The notes under the pieces are model-generated. The model was not told the origin of the DNA and made no database searches. It saw nothing but the letters and a program-made list of their open reading frames with translations. The position numbers were made by a program, and so were the translations under genes. A stretch of 64,000 nt of DNA from Zestosphaera sp. (GTDB lineage Archaea; Thermoproteota; Thermoprotei_A; Sulfolobales; NBVN01). The stretch covers positions 50,012 through 114,011 of the forward strand of contig JAVYVJ010000002.1 of assembly GCA_038727705.1 (NCBI GenBank). Reading direction: 5' to 3'. Positions within the stretch are counted from its first letter, which is position 1. Every line of letters starts with the position of its first letter. Below are positions 49,664 to 58,818 of this stretch, piece by piece.

Positions 49664-52600
49664 CTACTTCTTCGTGAACTTATCCAGCGTTACGTGTTTT
49701 CCCCCAGGTGCTTTTTCCTTCTTTTTCGCCGTCTTCTTGGGTAACCCGATTTCCGATGCCTCCTCTCCTTTGAGAGCTCCTGGTCTGGCTTCCTCGGCTC
49801 TCTGTAACCTCCTCTCCATCATGGTTTTAGAGAGGGTCTTCGCGGCTTCAGCTACCTCCTGTGGCAACTCGAGTATCCCCGCAACCACTTCATCTATTTC
49901 CTTGATTACGGTGTCCCAGAGCTTCTCAACGTTCTCACGCTTATCGGCACCACCGAGTCTACGAGCCTCAGCCTCTAGCTTATCGAAGAGAGAAGACAGA
50001 AGCTCCAGGTCATCCTCACTAAGCCTCCTAACATCTAAAGTCGGCATCTCCTCGGCTTGACTAACCTCAAGAGCTATCGGTCCAACAGCACCAGGTGTTC
50101 TCCCCATAGATTCTATGTAGAGTTTAACGAAGCTCGAGTTTAAGTAAACTAGGAGAGCTTTCAACCTATCCACCGATATGTTCTCCTTTGGTATAAACGC
50201 TATAAAGTCCGCATCTAGCATCACTTGAAACTCCATTAACGTGAACCTATGATAGTATCGCGCATAATACGGCGTGAATATCGGCGATTCCTTAACGCCT
50301 CCGAGGTCGTACCACCCGTAGAAGAGGTCTTTCCTCTTCTCCCTTTCCTGGCAAGCCTGGGCCTGACTACATATTTTTCCACCACCTCTAGTTCCCCTAA
50401 TTGTCGTGGTGCACCAGGTCTCCCCCCACTCAATATACCTCTTAACGTTCTCCGAGAGCTTCCTCCTTTGTTCATGGCACATGAACACGTAGCACTTAGA
50501 ACCACTCTGCTTTAACTGTTCCCAATCATCCTTGGTGAAGGTAAACCACCTGGTGAATCTTGCACTCACCAGGGCTGGATAAGCGTATTCCCATAAGCCA
50601 TACTGCTTAACCCGACCCTCGTCCATGTAGAAGAACTCATTAGCACCTAAATCGGGTCTTTTACCGTGCTTAATAGCCCATATCGACCAGATCGTGTTAC
50701 CTCGGCCAGCCTCAAACAGCTCTCCCATTTTAATGGTTCTTTTCCTCAGCTCGTCTAGTATGGTGCTTGCATCGAAAAGGAGGTTTATCCACTTCTTGTC
50801 TCTCGTTATATTCCCCTGTCTTAAGACCCTGATGTAGTACTTGTTCTTGTACTTCTCGGGGTTCTCGATGGCGTCTAAGACTTCGTTGACTGCAAGCTCC
50901 CTGCTCTCGCCCAGATCTAGGTACATGAAGACGACTTTGTTATCCTCGCGCTCCTTCTGGTTAGTGGACTTCTCGAGTAGCAGTATGCAGGTGCCGATCA
51001 ATGGTACAGGGAATACTCTGGATGAGATATCGATTAAGGCTTTGATCTTGAAGTGGTCCAGCAGGAAGTTACCGAAGTTCACACCGTAGTCTGTTTGAAG
51101 CCAGCTGTCCGAGATAATCATGCCTAGTCTTCCACCATCCTTCAGGAAGCCCGCGCTGTGCATGATCCAGTAGACGTAGATTCCGGGCTCAACTCCTCGA
51201 GAAACCTGGGGGCTTAGTTCGTACTCAGATATGGTGTTTCTGTGGCATCGGCATTTCAGTCTCAGTATCAGATTCTGAGTTTTACCTGGAATCTCAGTCC
51301 ACCTGGTGTAGGGAGGATTGCCCACGACAGCGTCGAAGTCTTCGAAGGCTATCTCGACTGGTTTCTCCCCCTCTGCTGTTTTCACCTTGTATGGTGTAAG
51401 CCTCTTTTGCCCTGGAGCTATGGCGAAGTAGTCCTCCACGACAATGTTGGTTATGTTGCTGGGCTCCTTTGGATTTCTCATAGCTAAGTTCATCGCCGTG
51501 ACGTGTGCTGGGAACTCGTTTATGTCGACCCCGTACAGCTGGTCTAGTATCTGCTTGTGCACATCGCCAGATACAAACCTCATTTCTTCATATTTTTTCT
51601 TAAGCTTGAGCTCTGCCAACTTCTTGTAAGCTTCAACTAGGAATGTTCCGGAACCACAGCCTGGGTCCAGCACCTTGTTGTCAGGACTTCTGATACACCA
51701 CTTCACTATTAGCTCTGCTATTGGCTTAGGCGTGTAGAACTGACCGAGCTGATGTCTCTCTTCAGGCGGTATCAGCTCCTCGTATATGTAGCCAACGACG
51801 TCTCCAAGCTTCTCTATCCTGTACTGCTCAATTAGCGTAATCAGCCAGTCCAGGAGGCTAAGGACCTCATTACTCTCAACGCACTCGATTTCATCGTATA
51901 TACCCGTCTTGAATACTGGTTCGAAGTCATTCGTTATCTCGATAGCCTTTTTGAATAAGTCTCTCAGTCTATTGAGGTATTCGTTAACACTCCTCACGTA
52001 GCCCTTCGAGTAAAGAGACTCTAGCTTCGGCAAACCCTTGTAGTGCCTCTCCAGCACCTTATAGAAGACTATTTTGTTCAGGAGAACATACACCATCTCG
52101 CGGGCTAACTGCTCTGGAGCTGGTCTATAGCCCTTCGCCTGAGCGTAAGACTCAACTCTCTGCTCCCATCGACTACTGTACCTACCGCCAGGAGCTATGG
52201 CGTCCAGGACAAACGGAGATAACGTGTCTACGAAGCCTCTCAGGTCTTCTATAAGAATCCACGAGAGCTCTTGCTTGACCTCCTCTAGCCTGTACTTCTC
52301 GACATAAAGACCTGCGAGCTTATCCAGCAACTCTGCGAAGAACTCATTGCTGAACCTTATGGGCTTATGCATCAGCATGTAGTTCGGTCTTAGAGTGCCG
52401 TAGATGTAGCCTACCCCGAGAACTCTACCGTAGTCGCGCTCGCGTATAGCTTCCCAATTGACGTGCTTGTCTATGTCTTCAGGCACCTGGAAGACAGCTA
52501 TTTGCCTATCGTTGGCGGTAGCGACGAACGGCACATAAATGTTCTTAGACTTCAGTATAGCGGCATAGCTGAAGACCTGCCCTAGCACCTCCTCGGAGGT

Positions 52601-52864
52601 TACGTGAAACTTACGCTCGGCTCTGTAGGTACTCCCTTTCTCATACTTCTTCTTGGTCTCGATTAGCAGTAGCGGTTTCTCACCCTCTACAAACACCGCT
52701 ATGTCTGGGTAGCGCTTGTGTCCATAGTACTCAACCTCGTAGTTCAACACTACACGCGCAATTGAGACTCCACTGAACTTCAGGCTCCTCTTAGCGAAGT
52801 CCTCCAGTATGGTGAGGATCCTCTGCTGAACATCGTACTCTGTTCTCGCGTACGCTACCTCGCT
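49664..52864 (-). CDS. Type IIG-like restriction-modification enzyme (REase + N6-adenine MTase + TRD)
   Basis: YPDI...LLIETK PD-(D/E)xK motif, HQLGQFYTP, LDPGCGSGTFL, VVGNPPY, GRLGMII. The frame stays open 38 codons upstream of the track's GTG (52750) with no canonical start. Visibly more AT-rich than flanking core genes. Confidence 0.88.
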   Translation of the reverse strand, partial: SEVAYARTEYDVQQRILTILEDFAKRSLKFSGVSIARVVLNYEVEYYGHKRYPDIAVFVEGEKPLLLIETKKKYEKGSTYRAERKFHVTSEEVLGQVFSYAAILKSKNIYVPFVATANDRQIAVFQVPEDIDKHVNWEAIRERDYGRVLGVGYIYGTLRPNYMLMHKPIRFSNEFFAELLDKLAGLYVEKYRLEEVKQELSWILIEDLRGFVDTLSPFVLDAIAPGGRYSSRWEQRVESYAQAKGYRPAPEQLAREMVYVLLNKIVFYKVLERHYKGLPKLESLYSKGYVRSVNEYLNRLRDLFKKAIEITNDFEPVFKTGIYDEIECVESNEVLSLLDWLITLIEQYRIEKLGDVVGYIYEELIPPEERHQLGQFYTPKPIAELIVKWCIRSPDNKVLDPGCGSGTFLVEAYKKLAELKLKKKYEEMRFVSGDVHKQILDQLYGVDINEFPAHVTAMNLAMRNPKEPSNITNIVVEDYFAIAPGQKRLTPYKVKTAEGEKPVEIAFEDFDAVVGNPPYTRWTEIPGKTQNLILRLKCRCHRNTISEYELSPQVSRGVEPGIYVYWIMHSAGFLKDGGRLGMIISDSWLQTDYGVNFGNFLLDHFKIKALIDISSRVFPVPLIGTCILLLEKSTNQKEREDNKVVFMYLDLGESRELAVNEVLDAIENPEKYKNKYYIRVLRQGNITRDKKWINLLFDASTILDELRKRTIKMGELFEAGRGNTIWSIWAIKHGKRPDLGANEFFYMDEGRVKQYGLWEYAYPALVSARFTRWFTFTKDDWEQLKQSGSKCYVFMCHEQRRKLSENVKRYIEWGETWCTTTIRGTRGGGKICSQAQACQEREKRKDLFYGWYDLGGVKESPIFTPYYARYYHRFTLMEFQVMLDADFIAFIPKENISVDRLKALLVYLNSSFVKLYIESMGRTPGAVGPIALEVSQAEEMPTLDVRRLSEDDLELLSSLFDKLEAEARRLGGADKRENVEKLWDTVIKEIDEVVAGILELPQEVAEAAKTLSKTMMERRLQRAEEARPGALKGEEASEIGLPKKTAKKKEKAPGGKHVTLDKFTKK

Positions 52865-53122
52865 TCACCTCCTAGACAACCGCCTTACAACCTCGTCTAG
52901 TCCCTCCTCGCTTAGGCACTCATGTATTCTAGCCAGGGTGGTGGGGCTTAGTATTGTGAGCTTGTTCTTGATCTTCGTGAAAGCACCACTCAGTCTCGGC
53001 TCGACCAGCTTTCTCGCTCTCTTGAGGTCTTTCTCGTCAGCTACTATTAAGTAGAGTTCTGAGTGCCACAAGTCGTACGCGTGCGCGAGTCTTGCCAGCG
53101 CCCTCCTAAGGAGACCACCCAA
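52865..53122 (-). pseudogene. C-terminal fragment of an archaeal PD-(D/E)xK-like nuclease protein
   Basis: ALARLAHAYDLWHSELYLIV resembles the recalled ALAKLKHAYDLWNS.LFLV tail of restriction-endonuclease-like proteins; no catalytic N-terminal part is visible. Confidence 0.45.
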
Positions 53123-53266
53123 AGATAACCACCATAGAGTCTCTACTAGAAATACTCATGAAGAAACTAATATGTTTTAATGAACACGTTATAACCTCAC
53201 CTGACATCAACACATAAAAATCTGAGTAGGTAATAATTAGTAGGTGATAAAAAAGTATTCTACACC

Positions 53267-53449
53267 GTGATGAAGGTTAAGGGGAAATACTACCTCTACA
53301 AAGTCGTGTACCTAAACGGCAAGAAGAAATTCATCTACATAGGCCCTTGCAAGAAGCTTGAGGAGTGGGCCCGCGGGGACTCGAACCCCGGACCTCCGCC
53401 GTGTCAGGGCGGCGTCCTAACCAGGCTAGACGACGGGCCCCCTCAATAG
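53267..53449 (+). mobile_element. SSV1-type integrase N-terminal fragment int(N), antisense over tRNA-Val
   Basis: KGKYYLYKVVYLNGKKKFIYIGP closely resembles SSV1 Int [23 protein letters not shown] (recalled); it then reads WARGDSNPGPPPCQG through the antisense tRNA. Confidence 0.8.
53366..53440 (-). tRNA. tRNA-Val(GAC), no encoded CCA
   Basis: Acceptor stem GGGCCCG/CGGGCCC, anticodon arm CCGCC-CTGACAC-GGCGG, T arm CGGGG-TTCGAGT-CCCCG; 75 nt. Confidence 0.96.
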
Positions 53450-53461
53450 ATTCGTCGCTGA

Positions 53462-53475
53462 CTTTTAAAGCTTTC
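53462..53475 (-). promoter_or_regulatory. BRE/TATA promoter of tRNA-Val, embedded in the sense integrase-like ORF
   Basis: GAAAGC-TTTAAAAG ending 22 nt upstream of the tRNA 5' end; also encodes the KALK segment of the ORF. Confidence 0.65.
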
Positions 53476-53766
53476 ACCACGTCCAGCAGATCCTTAGCCG
53501 TCAGCCTAGCTAGCAGCCTCTCCAGCACCTCATCACTCACCCTACGCCTCCCGTTCTTAATCATGTTGCCCATAGCGGGAGTTATGCCTAGCTCACCGTA
53601 CCTCACACCCTTAACCTTAGTAGCGTACACGAAGAGCAACCACCTAACACCATCAGACACCTCCAAACCCAAACCCTACAACCCCCACGTGATATGAGCT
53701 ATAGACATTGTAAAACGTTGTGGAGTTATAATGTAATTAACGCAGCTAAATTTAGTAGGAAAACGT

Positions 53767-54814
53767 GTGGTATATATGCCATTTACGCTGTATCATTTAG
53801 GACCTGCACTCGCTTTAGGCCGTATCCTTTGGCGGAGGGTTCACTGGCCAACGCTCGTAGTCGCAAGCATAGTTGTTGATTTGGAACCCTTACTAGTGTT
53901 AACTGGAGTCTTACCGCGTTACCCTCTTCACGGCTACCTTCACACAGTCCTTGCATCCATTCCTGGCGGATTACTTGTGGGCGTTATTATGTACTTTATT
54001 GACAGACGGCTTAAGTCCATCTACGAGAGCCTAGCGCTTGTAGTCAAGTCCTTCGGTGTGAAGGGCTACGTCGTGGCGGGGGTTGTTGGATGGCTTCTTC
54101 ACACTTTTTACGATGCACCGCTCTACAGTGAAATGATGCCACTATATCCAGCGCAAGTCAACATTCTTTACGACGCCATACCTTAACCACATTCTACACG
54201 GTATTTACGCAACGTTACTATATGCTGGTGCACTCACGTATTTAGCGCACTTGCTCAAAACAAACTCAAACAAGTACGGAGTAGACGTAGCGTTAATGCA
54301 GACCGGCCTCCTACTCGTCCTGCTTGGCTTATGGCTTATGATCGTGCCTGGACTGACCGCGTTCCTTCTCTCTGTAGCTATGACGGCAGTCGGCCTCTTA
54401 GCATTCTACATGCAGTTCATGAAAATCGCCCTGCCGTGGAGAAGTCGAGTAACCTTATCCATGTTAAGTACGCTAATAGCCTTGCTCACGTTCTCAGCGG
54501 GATTCGCCCTACACCTGCCGGACTGGAACGCCAACATTAAGGTCTTGATGTCGATAATCAGCCGATCCTACTTAACACTGCTGATCATACCGTGGATCAG
54601 CACCCTCATAGGACTGCTGTTGCTCATCCACCCATTAAGGGAGCTTGCCAGGAGAACAAGCGACAGTACGCTGAGGCGTTTAGCAATAATGCTCCCTGTC
54701 AGTTGGCTTTTAACAATACTGTTAGTGGGCGTGTTAATGCTGTCGCTCGCGGTAATTCTGTTGACCGCTAACATCATCAAGGTAAGACATTGTCGTGTTG
54801 GAAACTGGCCTTAA
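53767..54814 (+). pseudogene. Membrane metal-dependent hydrolase (DUF4184/YdjM-like) with extra TM domain, split by one frameshift
   Basis: MPFTLYHLGP...VDLEP...LHGYLHT...LHTFYD. The frame of the 54251 ORF is open back to 54137 (PYLNHILHGIYATLLY...), so the two track ORFs join by a +1 shift at 54137-54186. Confidence 0.65.
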
Positions 54815-55046
54815 CTCGCGGCGGCTTTCGCTCGTGATTGCTTTGGTAGAGCAGGGCGCGTGAACATCCGCAGGACCTAATTAATTCTGTGTCTAGGGTT
54901 TCCTGCTGGCCGTATGGCTAGACTGATGGGGGGATTAGGGAGCTGCTGAAGCGCTGGGAACCCATCTTTAGGTTGGGGATCCAGACATCCCTACACGTCG
55001 TCAGGGTGGGGGCGACTGGAAAATAAAAAGTTGTGTGAGGTTGGTT

Positions 55047-55541
55047 TTAACGCCTTACGGACTGCACACACTTGCATGGAGTTCTTTCATTCAGCGGTGT
55101 TGCAGTGTTGCTGGATATATCTACTAGGAACGTTCGCACTGCGTCGTCCTTTCTGAGGATGACTATAGACTGCAATGCATTGAAGACCACTGACCCGTCC
55201 CCGCTTACGTATGCCTTTATAATCGGTTTAATCGCCACCACGCGATAGCCTTCCCTCAACAGCTCTGAGGCCTCTTCACTAGACTCTAGGACTTTAATTA
55301 CGGTTGAGTTGTACTCCGGACTTACCTCCACAAATCCTTTACCATGCCAGAAGAGCCCTTGTTTGACGTTGCTTTGGTTCTTCAGAGGAGGTGGTGGATA
55401 GCCTGCAGTGATGGTCGTGGACTCAGCGCCGTTGCTACGGAACGTTCTCGCACTAACCATGTAGATGCCGGTCGAAACGACTGCGACTACAGCTATCACC
55501 AGCACCGCAACCGCCAACTTCTTCCCACTCACCTGCATCAC
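55047..55541 (-). CDS. Membrane-anchored/secreted hypothetical protein
   Basis: KK + hydrophobic N-terminus, S/T/P linker, small globular domain. Confidence 0.65.
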   Translation of the reverse strand: MMQVSGKKLAVAVLVIAVVAVVSTGIYMVSARTFRSNGAESTTITAGYPPPPLKNQSNVKQGLFWHGKGFVEVSPEYNSTVIKVLESSEEASELLREGYRVVAIKPIIKAYVSGDGSVVFNALQSIVILRKDDAVRTFLVDISSNTATPLNERTPCKCVQSVRR

Positions 55542-55722
55542 CTCATCTCAGGCTTAGAGATAGTGTTTAAAAGAATGACTCACAGAAAGAGAGTTTAATT
55601 GCTAACGCCTCCGGCACAGCGGACCTCATGGAGCCGCGCAGTCCAACCCCCTGGGGGAAGCGTCACCACACCCTCTTCACGGCGACAATGAATTATATTA
55701 TGGACGGGAGCATTGATTCCGT

Positions 55723-56748
55723 GTGGGTGTGGGTTGTTTGCATGAGTTGCGGTGGAATCCCTTGATTAAGCAGTGGGTTGTCGTGTCACCACACAGAGCT
55801 ACCAGACCGTGGAGGCCGGACAAGGGGGTGGAGGGTGGTGTTGCATGTCCGTTCTGCCCGGGTGCCCCGGAGCTGGGACACCTTGATCGATGGAAGGTCA
55901 CTGTTCTGTCCAATAAGTACCCAGCCCTCGTGCCTGAGCCTCCCCACCCCTTGAAGCCCGTGTTTAGGGCGTATGAAGCCAGAGAGGCACAGGGCGCCTC
56001 ATTAGTGGTTGTCGAGACGCCTGAGCATGAAGGGGATTTTCACACGCTGAGTCTCGAACACGTTGCTGAGGTGGTTGAGACCTACAGGAGTGAGAGCGCT
56101 AGATTGTCCAGACTGGAGTACGTTGAGTATGTAGCGGTATTCAAGAATAAGGGTAGGGAGGTAGGTGTCTCACTTACTCACCCCCACTCTCAGATCTACG
56201 CCCTTCCCTTCACGCCGCCCAGGATTCAGGCGGAGCTAAACGCCTTCGAGGAGTACCGCAGGATTGGTGGTGGTTGTCTTCTGTGCGATATCCTTGATTA
56301 TGAGAGGCGGGCTGGAGCCAGGGTCGTGTACGAGAACGAGCAATTCACGGCGCTACTACCGTACTACGCTATGTGGCCTTACGAAATCCACGTCTGCCCG
56401 AGGGGTCACGTGAGGAGTCTGAGAGACCTTGACGCCTCCAGCGTGAGGTTCCTCGCAGACGTCCTGCGGGCAGTGACGGCAACCTACACTGAGTTGCTTG
56501 GCAGGGATGCGCCATATATTATGGTTTTCCACGACCATCCGTCTAAGGGCAGCCACGCCTATCACTTCCACGTGGAATTCTACCAACCCTATAGGGATAG
56601 AGGGAGGTTGAAGTACGCAGCCGGGATAGAGCAGGGGTTCTGGGTCTTCACATATGACGGAGCTCCGGAGGAGAGAGCGGAGGAGTTGAGGGATGCCTGT
56701 AGGGAGGGTGTTGGAATGGTAGGTGGTATTATTGGCAAGTGCTTCTAA
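55723..56748 (+). CDS. galT: Galactose-1-phosphate uridylyltransferase (GalT-like)
   Basis: ELRWNPL..QWV, CPFCPG, NKYPAL, GVSLTHPHSQ (HPH catalytic motif). Confidence 0.9.
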   Translation: MGVGCLHELRWNPLIKQWVVVSPHRATRPWRPDKGVEGGVACPFCPGAPELGHLDRWKVTVLSNKYPALVPEPPHPLKPVFRAYEAREAQGASLVVVETPEHEGDFHTLSLEHVAEVVETYRSESARLSRLEYVEYVAVFKNKGREVGVSLTHPHSQIYALPFTPPRIQAELNAFEEYRRIGGGCLLCDILDYERRAGARVVYENEQFTALLPYYAMWPYEIHVCPRGHVRSLRDLDASSVRFLADVLRAVTATYTELLGRDAPYIMVFHDHPSKGSHAYHFHVEFYQPYRDRGRLKYAAGIEQGFWVFTYDGAPEERAEELRDACREGVGMVGGIIGKCF

Positions 56749-58021
56749 AGTGTCGCTCGTGAAGAGGAGGTTCAGGGAGTTATTTAACCTGGAGCCGGAG
56801 GTGATCGCCTCAGCCCCCGGACGGTTGGACTTCCTGAACACGCATCAAGACTACAAAGGCCTCCCGGTCGTGTCGGTAGCCATAGATAGAAGGGCTTATG
56901 TGGCTGTAGCCAGGAGTGGTGGGAGTTCAAGGGTTGTGTCGCTTAATATCTGCGTTGAGTCGGGTGATTGCATTGACTCCTTCAACTTTGAGGAGGTTAG
57001 GTTGAGGGGGAGGGGGTTCTTCGGTGATTACATCAGATCTGTCGTGATGTCCTTGAGGGAGACGGGGGTAAGGATGAGCAACTTCCACATGCTTATCGAC
57101 AGCGACGTGCCGATGGCTTCGGGCCTCGCCAGCAGTGCAGCGCTGCAGGTGGCGGCCATTGCCTCATTGACCAGGCTGTTCAATCATTCACTGAGCCTTC
57201 ACGAAATAGCTGAGCTGGCGTACCGTAGCGAGCACGACGTGGTGGGAATTCCCTGCGGTAGGCTGGATCAGTACGGCTCCACCATGGGTGGCGTGACCTT
57301 GGTAGAGACGAAGCCCTCGTTCAACACGAGGACCTTCAGAGGTCTGGGGCTCTCATTCGTTGTTCTAGACTCGGGAATCAGACACTCTACTAGGGAAGTC
57401 CATCCAGTGAGGATAAGTGAACTCAGTAAAGGAATCAGGGAAATCCTCTCCAGACCAGACCTCCCGCAAGAATTGAGGAGACGGCTGAGTGAAGACGTCT
57501 ATGAGACAGACTGGCAGAGACTCACCCTAGAAGAGCTCAGACCGCATGTCGAGAGGGTGAGCAGCGTGTCAAGGAGGAGGATCCTCTTCACCCTGAAGAT
57601 GAACACCTCAACAAACCTCGCCTTAAAACTTCTGGAGAACGCTTCCGAATCCGTTATGAGCGAGGTAGGGGACTTCCTCGTTAGGGAGTGCCGTGAGTGT
57701 CTGGAAGTGGCTTCCAAGACCAGCAACAACATGCTGAAGCTCCTAGGGGGAGTAATAAACTACCAGCACGCCCTACTGAGAGACCTATACGACGTCAGCC
57801 TCCCTCAGTTGGAGTTAATAAGGGAGAAAGCCCTAGAGGGTGGAGCTCTGGGAGTTAAGATCTCGGGGGCAGGGCTGGGAGGCTCTATGTTCGCGTTAAT
57901 CGACACACCGCAGGTAGGTCACGAGGTAGTCAGCAGGGTTAGAGACTTAGTGAGAGGGGCCTGGATCGTCAGGGAGGGCGAGGGGGTTAAGGTGGAGTAT
58001 GAAAGCAGGTTTGAAGCGTAA
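56723..58021 (+). CDS. Galactokinase-like GHMP sugar kinase with divergent substrate motif
   Basis: SAPGRLDFLNTHQDY, VPMASGLASSAA (ATP loop), CGRLDQY, KISGAGLGG. Confidence 0.85.
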   Translation: MVLLASASKVSLVKRRFRELFNLEPEVIASAPGRLDFLNTHQDYKGLPVVSVAIDRRAYVAVARSGGSSRVVSLNICVESGDCIDSFNFEEVRLRGRGFFGDYIRSVVMSLRETGVRMSNFHMLIDSDVPMASGLASSAALQVAAIASLTRLFNHSLSLHEIAELAYRSEHDVVGIPCGRLDQYGSTMGGVTLVETKPSFNTRTFRGLGLSFVVLDSGIRHSTREVHPVRISELSKGIREILSRPDLPQELRRRLSEDVYETDWQRLTLEELRPHVERVSSVSRRRILFTLKMNTSTNLALKLLENASESVMSEVGDFLVRECRECLEVASKTSNNMLKLLGGVINYQHALLRDLYDVSLPQLELIREKALEGGALGVKISGAGLGGSMFALIDTPQVGHEVVSRVRDLVRGAWIVREGEGVKVEYESRFEA

Positions 58022-58117
58022 AACCATCGAGACGAAAGCATGGTGGTCCGTGCCGGGTTATTAGGCGCCGATAAAGATATAAGCATGAACACATCCTCAT
58101 TATTTTAGGTGCTCGTG

Positions 58118-58411
58118 ATGGCTAAGTGCCCTAGGTGTGGGGCTGAGGTGCAGCCGGAGAAGACCTGGCAGGTCGTGAGTCCGTTGCCGGATGCGTACGG
58201 CAGGATAACGATAACGGTCTTAGGGACCTTTAAGTGCTCCTCCTGCGGCTACGGATGGAAGGGCAGGGTGTCGAGTATTAAGGTAGGTCCTGAGGGTGAG
58301 GTGTCCTTCAAGGAGGGCGGGAGGAAGGGCGGGAAGGGTGAAGGCAGACCTCCTGAGCGGAGAGAGGGTAAGGTCATCGAGGTTGATATCTCGGACATAT
58401 TGGAGGAGTAG
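58118..58411 (+). CDS. Cren7-like chromatin protein, Zn-ribbon variant with basic/acidic tail
   Basis: KCPRCG..VQPEKTWQVVSP...ITVLGTFKCSSCG; the PEKTW...G.F pattern parallels Cren7. Confidence 0.65.
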   Translation: MAKCPRCGAEVQPEKTWQVVSPLPDAYGRITITVLGTFKCSSCGYGWKGRVSSIKVGPEGEVSFKEGGRKGGKGEGRPPERREGKVIEVDISDILEE

Positions 58412-58818
58412 TGATGAAGTTAAGGTTAAGCCGCATTTTAGACCTAGTCCTGGCTTCCCTGCTTTTGACCCTTCTTCTACTCTCGTTATCAGGGATGTTC
58501 ACCTTCGCGGTTGTCGAGGGAAGGTCGATGGAGCCCCTACTCTGGACCGGTGACGTGGTCGTCGTTTATAAGGACAGTGATATTGGAGTGGGCGACGTGG
58601 TCATTTACGCGGGACGCGGGGGATACGTGATACACAGGGTCATCGAAGTCCACCCTGATTGCCTCCTCATTAAGGGCGATAATAACCCAATTCCAGACGG
58701 TTGCATACCTAAGGAGCGGATTGTAGGCAAGGTCTTAAGCATAGGTTCATCGGTCGTCAAGGTGCCTGGCATAGGGTACTTAACCCTCATCGTGAGAGGG
58801 AGGACGAGGCCGCTCTAG
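58411..58818 (+). CDS. Signal peptidase I (S26, Sec11-like)
   Basis: VVEGRSMEP..WTGD, VIHRVI, IKGDNN. Confidence 0.9.
   Translation: MMKLRLSRILDLVLASLLLTLLLLSLSGMFTFAVVEGRSMEPLLWTGDVVVVYKDSDIGVGDVVIYAGRGGYVIHRVIEVHPDCLLIKGDNNPIPDGCIPKERIVGKVLSIGSSVVKVPGIGYLTLIVRGRTRPL

Larger units (their letters stand above)
53331..53672 (-). mobile_element. Second, HTH-type integrase-like N-terminal ORF reading in sense through the entire tRNA-Val
   Basis: LGITPAMGNMIKNGRRRVSDEVLE aligns with LGVSRVTMLRFLNGKARVDDEKLE at 5731-5997; continues in frame as ARRLAWLGRRPDTAEVRGSSPRGPT (translated tRNA). Confidence 0.6.
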
